NCBI GenBank assembly: GCA_965235115.1
Contig: OZ249436.1
Location: 434,001-498,000 of the forward strand
Origin: Laetmonice hystrix
Taxonomy: Eukaryota
Length of the DNA: 64,000 nucleotides
Direction: 5' to 3'
Shown here one piece after another: positions 10,601 to 25,881 of the stretch. Made by a program: the position numbers and the translations under genes. Within the stretch, counting starts at the first letter, position 1, and the number at the start of each line of letters is the position of its first letter. The notes beneath the pieces were generated by a model. The model was not told where the DNA came from, did not search any database, and saw nothing but the letters and a program-made list of their open reading frames with translations.

Positions 10601-13600
10601 CGCCTGGAACCTTTCATTGCCGCTACCTCACTGTAGTGTCTGCATGGCTACTATACGCCAGCCGGTAAGATTTAGGGACTTCTCACTCTACTGGTTGTCC
10701 TCCCACGCAACTTGCCCCACAGTGTACTATTTGGCCTCACTGTACACTTTGGCCTCACTGTAGTGTTCGCTTGGATGCTAGGCCAGCCAGTAATACCTTG
10801 TAGGGATTCCTGCTTGTACTGTTTGGCCTCCCTGTACCGTTTGCTTGTATACAAGAGTTGCCAGTAGTATAGGGACGCCTCATGTTTCCTGTTTCCATGC
10901 CTTTATTGTCCAGGAGGCAGGCCATACGTTTCGTCTATCATCTACTTCCATCTAATCTGTGTCCCCTACAGACCATCTGTAAGCGTCCGACAACGTTGTC
11001 AGGTCGTCCCAATGATTGTTTGCCGTAAAGGTTTAGTTAACAATGGCAAATGGCGTTGTACGCCTTTTCTATATCAGATATCCCATCCCCAAGTAACAAA
11101 GAAAGAAAGAAAGAATACACAGAGATGTTGCACGCAGAAAACACCAGGGTGCAGCGCAACTCCACTGAAGCGCGACGGCGGCGCTGACTGCACTGCCGCC
11201 TTCCGTCCGGCGGTGGAATCACCACGTACACCTGCCGGGCTGGCAGGCACCTGTGGCTCTTAGGCGAGAGACAGGTTAAAGCAATGATAAGCGAAAAATG
11301 GCTACATTTTTGGTACGTCAATGTGAAACTAGGCACCCCAAAATTATTATTCTTTGGCCAGATGTATAACTGTCAAACGTATAGGTCTCGTACGTTCGCT
11401 ACAGATATATGGTTGTGATGTGTATACTTCTCATTTGAGTATCTTCTCCAGATTTTAACATTAGATGCTCCTGGCCTGGAACCTTTCATTGCCGCTACCT
11501 CACTGTAGTGTCTGCATGGCTACTATAGGCCAGCCGGTAAGATTTAGGGACTTCTCACTCTACTGGTTGGCCTCCCAGACAACTTGCCCCACAGTGTACT
11601 GTTTGGCCTCACTGTACACTTTGGCCTCACTGTAGTGTTCGCTTGGATGCTAGGCCAGCCAGTAATATCTTGTAGGGATTCCTGCCTGTACTGTTTGGCC
11701 TCCCTGTACCGTTTGCTTGTATGCAAGAGTTGCCAGTAGTATAGGGACGCCTCATGTTTCATGTTTCCATGCCTTTATTGTCCAGGAGGCAGGCCATACG
11801 TTTCGTCTATCATCTACTTCCATCTAATCTGTGTCCCCTACAGACCATCTGTAAGCGTCCGACAACGTTGTCAGGTCTTCCCAATGATTGTTTGCCGTAA
11901 AGGTTTAGTTAACAATGGCAAATGACGTTGTACGCCTTTTCTATATCAGATATCCTATCCCCAAGTAACAAAGAAAGAAAGAAAGAAAGAAAGAATACAC
12001 AGAGATGTTGCACGCAGAAAACACCAGGGTGCAGCGCAGCTCCACTGAAGCGCGACGGCGGCGCTGACTGCACTGCCGCCTTCCGTCCGGCGGTGGAATC
12101 ACCACGTACACCTGCCGGGCTGGCAGGCACCTGTGGCTCTTAGGCGAGAGACAGGTTAAAGCAATGATAAGCGAAAAATGGGGTAGTCAAATTGAAACTA
12201 CGCACCCGAAAATTATTATTCTTAGGCCAGATGTATAACTGTCAAGCGTATAGGTCTCGTACGTTCGCTACAGATATATGGTTGTGATGTGTACACTTCC
12301 CATTTGAGTATCTTCTCCAGATTTTAACATTAGATGCTCCTGGCCTGGAACCTTTCATTGCCGCTACCTCACTGTAGTGTCTGCATGGCTACTATACGCC
12401 AGCCGGTAAGATTTAGGGACTTCTCACTCTACTGGTTGGCCTCCCACACAACTTGCCCCACAGTGTACTGTTTGGCCTCACTGTAGTGTTCGCTTGGATG
12501 CTAGGCCAGCCAGTAATACCTTGTAGGGATTCCTGCCTATACTGTTTGGCCTCCCTGTACCGTTTGCTTGTATACAAGAGTTGCCAGTAGTATAGGGACG
12601 CCTCATGTTTCATGTTTCCATGCCTTTATTGTCCAGGAGGCAGGCCATACGTTTCGTCTATCATCTACTTCCATCTAATCTGTGTCCCCTACAGACCATC
12701 TGTAAGCGTCCGACAACGTTGTCAGGTCGTCCCAATGATTGTTTGCCGTAAAGGTTTAGTTAACAATGGCAAATGACGTTGTACGCCTTTTCTATATCAG
12801 ATATCCCATCCCCAAGTAACAAAGAAGGAAAGAAAGAAAGAATACACAGAGATGTTGCAGGCAGAAAACACCAGGGTGCAGCGCAGTTCCACTGAAGCGC
12901 GACGGCGGCGCTGAATGCACTGCCGCCTTCCGGCCAGAGGTGGAATCACCACGTACACCTGCCGGGCTGGCAGGCACCTGTGGCTCTTAGGCGAGAGACA
13001 GGTTAAAGCAATGATAAGCGAAAAATGGCTACATTTTTGGTACGTCAGATTGAAACTACGCACCCCAAAATTATTATTCTTTGGCCAGATGTATAACTGT
13101 CAAACGTATAGGTCTCGTACGTTCGCTACTGATATATGGTTGTGATGTGTACACTTCTCATTTGAGTATCTTCTCCAGATTTTAACATTAGATGCTCCTC
13201 GCCTGGAACCTTTCATTGCCGCTACCTCACTGTAGTGTCTGCATGGCTACTATACGCCAGCCGGTAAGATTTAGGGACTTCTCACTCTACTGGTTGTCCT
13301 CCCACACAACTTGCCCCACAGTGTACTATTTGGCCTCACTGTACACTTTGGCCTCACTGTAGTGTTCGCTTGGATGCTAGGCCAGCCAGTAATACCTTGT
13401 AGGGATTCCTGCTTGTACTGTTTGGCCTCCCTGTACCGTTTGCTTGTATACAAGAGTTGCCAGTAGTATAGGGACGCCTCATGTTTCCTGTTTCCATGCC
13501 TTTATTGTCCAGGAGGCAGGCCATACGTTTCGTCTATCATCTACTTCCATCTAATCTGTGTCCCCTACAGACCATCTGTAAGCGTCCGACAACGTTGTCA

Positions 13601-16600
13601 GGTCGTCCCAATGATTGTTTGCCGTAAAGGTTTAGTTAACAATGGCAAATGGCGTTGTACGCCTTTTCTATATCAGATATCCCATCCCCAAGTAACAAAG
13701 AAAGAAAGAAAGAATACACAGAGATGTTGCACGCAGAAAACACCAGGGTGCAGCGCAACTCCACTGAAGCGCGACGGCGGCGCTGACTGCACTGCCGCCT
13801 TCCGTCCGGCGGTGGAATCACCACGTACACCTGCCGGGCTGGCAGGCACCTGTGGCTCTTAGGCGAGAGACAGGTTAAAGCAATGATAAGCGAAAAATGG
13901 CTACATTTTTGGTACGTCAATTTGAAACTAGGCACCCCAAAATTATTATTCTTTGGCCAGATGTATAACTGTCAAACGTATAGGTCTCGTACGTTCGCTA
14001 CAGATATATGGTTGTGATGTGTATACTTCTCATTTGAGTATCTTCTCCAGATTTTAACATTAGATGCTCCTGGCCTGGAACCTTTCATTGCCGCTACCTC
14101 ACTGTAGTGTCTGCATGGCTACTATAGGCCAGCCGGTAAGATTTAGGGACTTCTCACTCTACTGGTTGGCCTCCCAGACAACTTGCCCCACAGTGTACTG
14201 TTTGGCCTCACTGTACACTTTGGCCTCACTGTAGTGTTCGCTTGGATGCTAGGCCAGCCAGTAATATCTTGTAGGGATTCCTGCCTGTACTGTTTGGCCT
14301 CCCTGTACCGTTTGCTTGTATGCAAGAGTTGCCAGTAGTATAGGGACGCCTCATGTTTCATGTTTCCATGCCTTTATTGTCCAGGAGGCAGGCCATACGT
14401 TTCGTCTATCATCTACTTCCATCTAATCTGTGTCCCCTACAGACCATCTGTAAGCGTCCGACAACGTTGTCAGGTCTTCCCAATGATTGTTTGCCGTAAA
14501 GGTTTAGTTAACAATGGCAAATGACGTTGTACGCCTTTTCTATATCAGATATCCTATCCCCAAGTAACAAAGAAAGAAAGAAAGAAAGAAAGAATACACA
14601 GAGATGTTGCACGCAGAAAACACCAGGGTGCAGCGCAGCTCCACTGAAGCGCGACGGCGGCGCTGACTGCACTGCCGCCTTCCGTCCGGCGGTGGAATCA
14701 CCACGTACACCTGCCGGGCTGGCAGGCACCTGTGGCTCTTAGGCGAGAGACAGGTTAAAGCAATGATAAGCGAAAAATGGGGTAGTCAAATTGAAACTAC
14801 GCACCCGAAAATTATTATTCTTAGGCCAGATGTATAACTGTCAAGCGTATAGGTCTCGTACGTTCGCTACAGATATATGGTTGTGATGTGTACACTTCCC
14901 ATTTGAGTATCTTCTCCAGATTTTAACATTAGATGCTCCTGGCCTGGAACCTTTCATTGCCGCTACCTCACTGTAGTGTCTGCATGGCTACTATACGCCA
15001 GCCGGTAAGATTTAGGGACTTCTCACTCTACTGGTTGGCCTCCCACACAACTTGCCCCACAGTGTACTGTTTGGCCTCACTGTAGTGTTCGCTTGGATGC
15101 TAGGCCAGCCAGTAATACCTTGTAGGGATTCCTGCCTATACTGTTTGGCCTCCCTGTACCGTTTGCTTGTATACAAGAGTTGCCAGTAGTATAGGGACGC
15201 CTCATGTTTCCTGTTTCCATGCCTTTATTGTCCAGGAGGCAGGCCATACGTTTCGTCTATCATCTACTTCCATCTAATCTGTGTCCCCTACAGACCATCT
15301 GTAAGCGTCCGACAACGTTGTCAGGTCGTCCCAATGATTGTTTGCCGTAAAGGTTTAGTTAACAATGGCAAATGGCGTTGTACGCCTTTTCTATATCAGA
15401 TATCCCATCCCCAAGTAACAAAGAAAGAAAGAAAGAATACACAGAGATGTTGCACGCAGAAAACACCAGGGTGCAGCGCAACTCCACTGAAGCGCGACGG
15501 CGGCGCTGACTGCACTGCCGCCTTCCGTCCGGCGGTGGAATCACCACGTACACCTGCCGGGCTGGCAGGCACCTGTGGCTCTTAGGCGAGAGACAGGTTA
15601 AAGCAATGATAAGCGAAAAATGGCTACATTTTTGGTACGTCAATTTGAAACTAGGCACCCCAAAATTATTATTCTTTGGCCAGATGTATAACTGTCAAAC
15701 GTATAGGTCTCGTACGTTCGCTACAGATATATGGTTGTGATGTGTATACTTCTCATTTGAGTATCTTCTCCAGATTTTAACATTAGATGCTCCTGGCCTG
15801 GAACCTTTCATTGCCGCTACCTCACTGTAGTGTCTGCATGGCTACTATAGGCCAGCCGGTAAGATTTAGGGACTTCTCACTCTACTGGTTGGCCTCCCAG
15901 ACAACTTGCCCCACAGTGTACTGTTTGGCCTCACTGTACACTTTGGCCTCACTGTAGTGTTCGCTTGGATGCTAGGCCAGCCAGTAATATCTTGTAGGGA
16001 TTCCTGCCTGTACTGTTTGGCCTCCCTGTACCGTTTGCTTGTATGCAAGAGTTGCCAGTAGTATAGGGACGCCTCATGTTTCATGTTTCCATGCCTTTAT
16101 TGTCCAGGAGGCAGGCCATACGTTTCGTCTATCATCTACTTCCATCTAATCTGTGTCCCCTACAGACCATCTGTAAGCGTCCGACAACGTTGTCAGGTCT
16201 TCCCAATGATTGTTTGCCGTAAAGGTTTAGTTAACAATGGCAAATGACGTTGTACGCCTTTTCTATATCAGATATCCTATCCCCAAGTAACAAAGAAAGA
16301 AAGAAAGAAAGAAAGAATACACAGAGATGTTGCACGCAGAAAACACCAGGGTGCAGCGCAGCTCCACTGAAGCGCGACGGCGGCGCTGACTGCACTGCCG
16401 CCTTCCGTCCGGCGGTGGAATCACCACGTACACCTGCCGGGCTGGCAGGCACCTGTGGCTCTTAGGCGAGAGACAGGTTAAAGCAATGATAAGCGAAAAA
16501 TGGGGTAGTCAAATTGAAACTACGCACCCGAAAATTATTATTCTTAGGCCAGATGTATAACTGTCAAGCGTATAGGTCTCGTACGTTCGCTACAGATATA

Positions 16601-18887
16601 TGGTTGTGATGTGTACACTTCCCATTTGAGTATCTTCTCCAGATTTTAACATTAGATGCTCCTGGCCTGGAACCTTTCATTGCCGCTACCTCACTGTAGT
16701 GTCTGCATGGCTACTATACGCCAGCCGGTAAGATTTAGGGACTTCTCACTCTACTGGTTGGCCTCCCACACAACTTGCCCCACAGTGTACTGTTTGGCCT
16801 CACTGTAGTGTTCGCTTGGATGCTAGGCCAGCCAGTAATACCTTGTAGGGATTCCTGCCTATACTGTTTGGCCTCCCTGTACCGTTTGCTTGTATACAAG
16901 AGTTGCCAGTAGTATAGGGACGCCTCATGTTTCATGTTTCCATGCCTTTATTGTCCAGGAGGCAGGCCATACGTTTCGTCTATCATCTACTTCCATCTAA
17001 TCTGTGTCCCCTACAGACCATCTGTAAGCGTCCGACAACGTTGTCAGGTCGTCCCAATGATTGTTTGCCGTAAAGGTTTAGTTAACAATGGCAAATGACG
17101 TTGTACGCCTTTTCTATATCAGATATCCCATCCCCAAGTAACAAAGAAGGAAAGAAAGAAAGAATACACAGAGATGTTGCAGGCAGAAAACACCAGGGTG
17201 CAGCGCAGCTCCACTGAAGCGCGACGGCGGCGCTGACTGCACTGCCGCCTTCCGTCCGGCGGTGGAATCACCACGTACACCTGCCGGGCTGGCAGGCACC
17301 TGTGGCTCTTAGGCGAGAGACAGGTTAAAGCAATGATAAGCGAAAAATGGCTACATTTTTGGTACGTCAATTTGAAACTAGGCACCCCAAAATTATTATT
17401 CTTTGGCCAGATGTATAACTGTCAAACGTATAGGTCTCGTACGTTCGCTACAGATATATGGTTGTGATGTGTATACTTCTCATTTGAGTATCTTCTCCAG
17501 ATTTTAACATTAGATGCTCCTGGCCTGGAACCTTTCATTGCCGCTACCTCACTGTAGTGTCTGCATGGCTACTATAGGCCAGCCGGTAAGATTTAGGGAC
17601 TTCTCACTCTACTGGTTGGCCTCCCAGACAACTTGCCCCACAGTGTACTGTTTGGCCTCACTGTACACTTTGGCCTCACTGTAGTGTTCGCTTGGATGCT
17701 AGGCCAGCCAGTAATATCTTGTAGGGATTCCTGCCTGTACTGTTTGGCCTCACTGTACCGTTTGCTTGTATGCAAGAGTTGCCAGTAGTATAGGGACGCC
17801 TCATGTTTCATGTTTCCATGCCTTTATTGTCCAGGAGGCAGGCCATACGTTTCGTCTATCATCTACTTCCATCTAATCTGTGTCCCCTACAGACCATCTG
17901 TAAGCGTCCGACAACGTTGTCAGGTCTTCCCAATGATTGTTTGCCGTAAAGGTTTAGTTAACAATGGCAAATGACGTTGTACGCCTTTTCTATATCAGAT
18001 ATCCTATCCCCAAGTAACAAAGAAAGAAAGAAAGAAAGAAAGAATACACAGAGATGTTGCACGCAGAAAACACCAGGGTGCAGCGCAGCTCCACTGAAGC
18101 GCGACGGCGGCGCTGACTGCACTGCCGCCTTCCGTCCGGCGGTGGAATCACCACGTACACCTGCCGGGCTGGCAGGCACCTGTGGCTCTTAGGCGAGAGA
18201 CAGGTTAAAGCAATGATAACCGAAAAATGGGGTAGTCAAATTGAAACTAAGCACCCGAAAATTATTATTCTTAGGCCAGATGTATAACTGTCAAGCGTAT
18301 AGGTCTCGTACGTTCGCTACAGATATATGGTTGTGATGTGTACACTTCCCATTTGAGTATCTTCTCCAGATTTTAACATTAGATGCTCCTCGCCTGGAAC
18401 CTTTCATTGCCGCTACCTCACTGTAGTGTCTGTATGGCTACTATAGGCCAGCCGGTAAGATTAGGGACTTCTCACTCTACTGGTTGGCCTCCCAGACAAC
18501 TTGCCCCACAGTGTACTGTTTGGCCTCACTGTACACTTTGGCCTCACTGTAGTGTTCGCTTGGATGCTAGGCCAGCCAGTAATACCTTGTAGGGATTCCT
18601 GCCTGTACTGTTTGGCCTCCCTGTACCGTTTGCTTGTATGCAAGAGTTGCCAGTAGTATAGGGACGCCTCATGTTTCATGTTTCCATGCCTTTATTGTCC
18701 AGGAGGCAGGCCATACGTTTCGTCTATCATCTACTTCCATCTAATCTGTGTCCCCTACAGACCATCTGTAAGCGTCCGACAACGTTGTCAGGTCGTCCCA
18801 ATGATTGTTTGCCGTAAAGGTTTAGTTAACAATGGCAAATGACGTTGTACGCCTTTTCTATATCAGATATCTCATCCCCAAGTACCA

Positions 18888-18923
<36 letters not shown>

Positions 18924-21900
18924 ATACACAGAGATTTTGCACGCAGAAAACACCAGGGTGCAGCGCAGCTCCACTGAAGCGTGACGGCGGCGCTGACTGC
19001 ACTGCCGCCTTCCGTCCGGCGGTGGAATCACCACGTACACCTGCCGGGCTGGCAGGCACCTGTGGCTCTTAGGCGAGAGACAGGTTAAAGCAACGATAAG
19101 CGAAAAATGGGGTAGTCAAATTGAAACTACGCACCCCAAAATTATTATTCTTAGGCCAGATGTATAACTGTCAAGCGCATAGGTCTCGTACGTTCGCTAG
19201 AGATATATGGTTGTGATGTGTACAATTCCCATTTGAGTATCTTCTCCAGATTTTAACATTAGATGCTCCTCGCCAGTACCTTTGATTTCCACTACCTCAA
19301 TGTAGTGTCTGCATGGCTACTATAGGCCAGCCGGTAAGATTTAGGGACTTCTCACTCTACTGGTGGCCTCCCACACTACTTGCCCTACAGTGTACTGTTT
19401 GGCCTAACTGTACACTTTGGCCTCACTGTAGTGTTCGCTTGGGTGCTAGGCCAGCCAGTAATACCTTGTAGGGATTCCTGCCTATACTGTTTGGCCTCCC
19501 TGTACCGTTTGCTTGTATACAAGAGTTGCCAGTAGTATAGGGACGCCTCATGTTTCATGTTTCCATGCCTTTATTGTCCAGGAGGCAGGCCATACGTTTC
19601 GTCTATCATCTACTTCCATCTAATCTGTGTCCCCTACAGACCATCTGTAAGCGTCCGACAACGTTGTCAGGTCGTCCCAATGACTGTTTGCCGTAAGAGT
19701 TTAGTTAACAAGTGCAAATGACGTTGTACGCCTTTTCTATATCAGATATCCCATCCCCAAGTAACAAAGAAAGAAAGAATACACAGAGATGTTGCAGGCA
19801 GAAAACACCAGGGTGCAGCGCAGTTCCACTGAAGCGCGACGGCGGCGCTGAATGCACTGCCGCCTTCCGGCCAGAGGTGGAATCACCACGTACACCCGCC
19901 GGGCTGGCAGGCACCTGTGGCTCTTAGGCAGGAGACAGGTTAAAGCAATGATAAGCGAAAAATGGCTACATTTTTGGTACGTCAATTTGAAACTAGGCAC
20001 CCCAAAATTATTATTCTTTGGCCAGATGTATAACTGTCAAACGTATAGGTCTCGTACGTTCGCTACAGATATATGGTTGTGATGTGTATACTTCTCATTT
20101 GAGTATCTTCTCCAGATTTTAACATTAGATGCTCCTGGCCTGGAACCTTTCATTGCCGCTACCTCACTGTAGTGTCTGCATGGCTACTATAGGCCAGCCG
20201 GTAAGATTTAGGGACTTCTCACTCTTCTGGTTGGCCTCCCAGACAACTTGCCCCACAGTGTACTGTTTGGCCTCACTGTACACTTTGGCCTCACTGTAGT
20301 GTTCGCTTAGATGCTAGGCCAGCCAGTAATATCTTGTAGGGATTCCTGCCTGTACTGTTTGGCCTCCCTGTACCGTTTGCTTGTATGCAAGAGTTGCCAG
20401 TAGTATAGGGACGCCTCATGTTTCATGTTTCCATGCCTTTATTGTCCAGGAGGCAGGCCATACGTTTCGTCTATCATCTACTTCCATCTAATCTGTGTCC
20501 CCTACAGACCATCTGTAAGCGTCCGACAACGTTGTCAGGTCTTCCCAATGATTGTTTGCCGTAAAGGTTTAGTTAACAATGGCAAATGACGTTGTACGCC
20601 TTTTCTATATCAGATATCCTATCCCCAAGTAACAAAGAAAGAAAGAAAGAAAGCATACACAGAGATGTTGCACGCAGAAAACACCAGGGTGCAGCGCAGC
20701 TCCACTGAAGCGCGACGGCGGCGCTGACTGCACTGCCGCCTTCCGTCCGGCGGTGGAATCACCACGTACACCTGCCGGGCTGGCAGGCACCTGTGGCTCT
20801 TAGGCGAGAGACAGGTTAAAGCAATGATAAGCGAAAAATGGGGTAGTCAAATTGAAACTACGCACCCGAAAATTATTATTCTTAGGCCAGATGTATAACT
20901 GTCAAGCGTATAGGTCTCGTACGTTCGCTACAGATATATGGTTGTGATGTGTACACTTCCCATTTGAGTATCTTCTCCAGATTTTAACATTAGATGCTCC
21001 TGGCCTGGAACCTTTCATTGCCGCTACCTCACTGTAGTGTCTGCATGGCTACTATACGCCAGCCGGTAAGATTTAGGGACTTCTCACTCTACTGGTTGGC
21101 CTCCCACACAACTTGCCCCACAGTGTACTGTTTGGCCTCACTGTAGTGTTCGCTTGGATGCTAGGCCAGCCAGTAATACCTTGTAGGGATTCCTGCCTAT
21201 ACTGTTTGGCCTCCCTGTACCGTTTGCTTGTATACAAGAGTTGCCAGTAGTATAGGGACGCCTCATGTTTCATGTTTCCATGCCTTTATTGTCCAGGAGG
21301 CAGGCCATACGTTTCGTCTATCATCTACTTCCATCTAATCTGTGTCCCCTACAGACCATCTGTAAGCGTCCGACAACGTTGTCAGGTCGTCCCAATGATT
21401 GTTTGCCGTAAAGGTTTAGTTAACAATAGCAAATGACGTTGTACGCCTTTTCTATATCAGATATCCCATCCCCAAGTAACAAAGAAGGAAAGAAAGAAAG
21501 AATACACAGAGATGTTGCAGGCAGAAAACACCAGGGTGCAGCGCAGCTCCACTGAAGCGCGACGGCGGCGCTGACTGCACTGCCGCCTTCCGTCCGGCGG
21601 TGGAATCACCACGTACACCTGCCGGGCTGGCAGGCACCTGTGGCTCTTAGGCGAGAGACAGGTTAAAGCAATGATAAGCGAAAAATGGCTACATTTTTGG
21701 TACGTCAATTTGAAACTAGGCACCCCAAAATTATTATTCTTTGGCCAGATGTATAACTGTCAAACGTATAGGTCTCGTACGTTCGCTACAGATATATGGT
21801 TGTGATGTGTATACTTCTCATTTGAGTATCTTCTCCAGATTTTAACATTAGATGCTCCTGGCCTGGAACCTTTCATTGCCGCTACCTCACTGTAGTGTCT

Positions 21901-24900
21901 CCATGGCTACTATAGGCCAGCCGGTAAGATTTAGGGACTTCTCACTCTACTGGTTGGCCTCCCAGACAACTTGCCCCACAGTGTACTGTTTGGCCTCACT
22001 GTACACTTTGGCCTCACTGTAGTGTTCGCTTGGATGCTAGGCCAGCCAGTAATATCTTGTAGGGATTCCTGCCTGTACTGTTTGGCCTCCCTGTACCGTT
22101 TGCTTGTATGCAAGAGTTGCCAGTAGTATAGGGACGCCTCATGTTTCATGTTTCCATGCCTTTATTGTCCAGGAGGCAGGCCATACGTTTCGTCTATCAT
22201 CTACTTCCATCTAATCTGTGTCCCCTACAGACCATCTGTAAGCGTCCGACAACGTTGTCAGGTCTTCCCAATGATTGTTTGCCGTAAAGGTTTAGTTAAC
22301 AATGGCAAATGACGTTGTACGCCTTTTCTATATCAGATATCCTATCCCCAAGTAACAAAGAAAGAAAGAAAGAAAGAAAGAATACACAGAGATGTTGCAC
22401 GCAGAAAACACCAGGGTGCAGCGCAGCTCCACTGAAGCGCGACGGCGGCGCTGACTGCACTGCCGCCTTCCGTCCGGCGGTGGAATCACCACGTACACCT
22501 GCCGGGCTGGCAGGCACCTGTGGCTCTTAGGCGAGAGACAGGTTAAAGCAATGATAAGCGAAAAATGGGGTAGTCAAATTGAAACTAAGCACCCGAAAAT
22601 TATTATTCTTAGGCCAGATGTATAACTGTCAAGCGTATAGGTCTCGTACGTTCGCTACAGATATATGGTTGTGATGTGTACACTTCCCATTTGAGTATCT
22701 TCTCCAGATTTTAACATTAGATGCTCCTCGCCTGGAACCTTTCATTGCCGCTACCTCACTGTAGTGTCTGTATGGCTACTATAGGCCAGCCGGTAAGATT
22801 TAGGGACTTCTCACTCTACTGGTTGGCCTCCCAGACAACTTGCCCCACAGTGTACTGTTTGGCCTCACTGTACACTTTGGCCTCACTGTAGTGTTCGCTT
22901 GGATGCTAGGCCAGCCAGTAATACCTTGTAGGGATTCCTGCCTGTACTGTTTGGCCTCCCTGTACCGTTTGCTTGTATGCAAGAGTTGCCAGTAGTATAG
23001 GGACGCCTCATGTTTCATGTTTCCATGCCTTTATTGTCCAGGAGGCAGGCCATACGTTTCGTCTATCATCTACTTCCATCTAATCTGTGTCCCCTACAGA
23101 CCATCTGTAAGCGTCCGACAACGTTGTCAGGTCGTCCCAATGATTGTTTGCCGTAAAGGTTTAGTTAACAATGGCAAATGACGTTGTACGCCTTTTCTAT
23201 ATCAGATATCTCATCCCCAAGTACCAAAGAAAGAAAGAAAGAAAGAAAGAAAGAATACACAGAGATGTTGCACGCAGAAAACACCAGGGTGCAGCGCAGC
23301 TCCACTGAAGCGTGACGGCGGCGCTGACTGCACTGCCGCCTTCCGTCCGGCGGTGGAATCACCACGTACACCTGCCGGGCTGGCAGGCACCTGTGGCTCT
23401 TAGGCGAGAGACAGGTTAAAGCAACGATAAGCGAAAAATGGGGTAGTCAAATTGAAACTACGCACCCCAAAATTATTATTCTTAGGCCAGATGTATAACT
23501 GTCAAGCGCATAGGTCTCGTACGTTCGCTAGAGATATATGGTTGTGATGTGTACAATTCCCATTTGAGTATCTTCTCCAGATTTTAACATTAGATGCTCC
23601 TCGCCAGTACCTTTGATTTCCACTACCTCAATGTAGTGTCTGCATGGCTACTATAGGCCAGCCGGTAAGATTTAGGGACTTCTCACTCTACTGGTGGCCT
23701 CCCACACTACTTGCCCTACAGTGTACTGTTTGGCCTAACTGTACACTTTGGCCTCACTGTAGTGTTCGCTTGGGTGCTAGGCCAGCCAGTAATACCTTGT
23801 AGGGATTCCTGCCTATACTGTTTGGCCTCCCTGTACCGTTTGCTTGTATACAAGAGTTGCCAGTAGTATAGGGACGCCTCATGTTTCATGTTTCCATGCC
23901 TTTATTGTCCAGGAGGCAGGCCATACGTTTCGTCTATCATCTACTTCCATCTAATCTGTGTCCCCTACAGACCATCTGTAAGCGTCCGACAACGTTGTCA
24001 GGTCGTCCCAATGACTGTTTGCCGTAAGAGTTTAGTTAACAAGTGCAAATGACGTTGTACGCCTTTTCTATATCAGATATCCCATCCCCAAGTAACAAAG
24101 AAAGAAAGAATACACAGAGATGTTGCAGGCAGAAAACACCAGGGTGCAGCGCAGTTCCACTGAAGCGCGACGGCGGCGCTGAATGCACTGCCGCCTTCCG
24201 GCCAGAGGTGGAATCACCACGTACACCCGCCGGGCTGGCAGGCACCTGTGGCTCTTAGGCAGGAGACAGGTTAAAGCAATGATAAGCGAAAAATGGCTAC
24301 ATTTTTGGTACGTCAGATTGAAACTACGCACCCCAAAATTATTATTCTTTGGCCAGATGTATAACTGTCAAACGTATAGGTCTCGTACGTTCGCTACTGA
24401 TATATGGTTCTGATGTGTACACTTTTCATTTGAGTATCTTCTCCAGATTTTAACATTAGATGCTCCTCGCCTGGAACCTTTCATTGCCGCTACCTCACTG
24501 TAGTGTCTGCATGGCTACTATACGCCAGCCGGTAAGATTTAGGGACTTCTCACTCTACTGGTTGTCCTCCCACACAACTTGCCCCACAGTGTACTATTTG
24601 GCCTCACTGTACACTTTGGCCTCACTGTAGTGTTCGCTTGGATGCTAGGCCAGCCAGTAATACCTTGTAGGGATTCCTGCTTGTACTGTTTGGCCTCCCT
24701 GTACCGTTTGCTTGTATACAAGAGTTGCCAGTAGTATAGGGACGCCTCATGTTTCCTGTTTCCATGCCTTTATTGTCCAGGAGGCAGGCCATACGTTTCG
24801 TCTATCATCTACTTCCATCTAATCTGTGTCCCCTACAGACCATCTGTAAGCGTCCGACAACGTTGTCAGGTCGTCCCAATGATTGTTTGCCGTAAAGGTT

Positions 24901-25849
24901 TAGTTAACAATGGCAAATGGCGTTGTACGCCTTTTCTATATCAGATATCCCATCCCCAAGTAACAAAGAAAGAAAGAAAGAAAGAAAGAAAGAATACACA
25001 GAGATGTTGCACGCAGAAAACACCAGGGTGCAGCGCAGCTCCACTGAAGCGCGACGGCGGCGCTGACTGCACTGCCGCCTTCCGTCCGGCGGTGGAATCA
25101 CCACGTACACCTGCCGGGCTGGCAGGCACCTGTGGCTCTTAGGCGAGAGACAGGTTAAAGCAATGATAAGCGAAAAATGGCTACATTTTTGGTACGTCAA
25201 TTTGAAACTAGGCACCCCAAAATTATTATTCTTTGGCCAGATGTATAACTGTCAAACGTATAGGTCTCGTACGTTCGCTACAGATATATGGTTGTGATGT
25301 GTATACTTCTCATTTGAGTATCTTCTCCAGATTTTAACATTAGATGCTCCTGGCCTGGAACCTTTCATTGCCGCTACCTCACTGTAGTGTCTGCATGGCT
25401 ACTATAGGCCAGCCGGTAAGATTTAGGGACTTCTCACTCTACTGGTTGGCCTCCCAGACAACTTGCCCCACAGTGTACTGTTTGGCCTCACTGTACACTT
25501 TGGCCTCACTGTAGTGTTCGCTTGGATGCTAGGCCAGCCAGTAATACCTTGTAGGGATTCCTGCCTGTACTGTTTGGCCTCCCTGTACCGTTTGCTTGTA
25601 TGCAAGAGTTGCCAGTAGTATAGGGACGCCTCATGTTTCATGTTTCCATGCCTTTATTGTCCAGGAGGCAGGCCATACGTTTCGTCTATCATCTACTTCC
25701 ATCTAATCTGTGTCCCCTACAGACCATCTGTAAGCGTCCGACAACGTTGTCAGGTCGTCCCAATGATTGTTTGCCGTAAAGGTTTAGTTAACAATGGCAA
25801 ATGACGTTGTACGCCTTTTCTATATCAGATATCTCATCCCCAAGTACCA

Positions 25850-25881
<32 letters not shown>

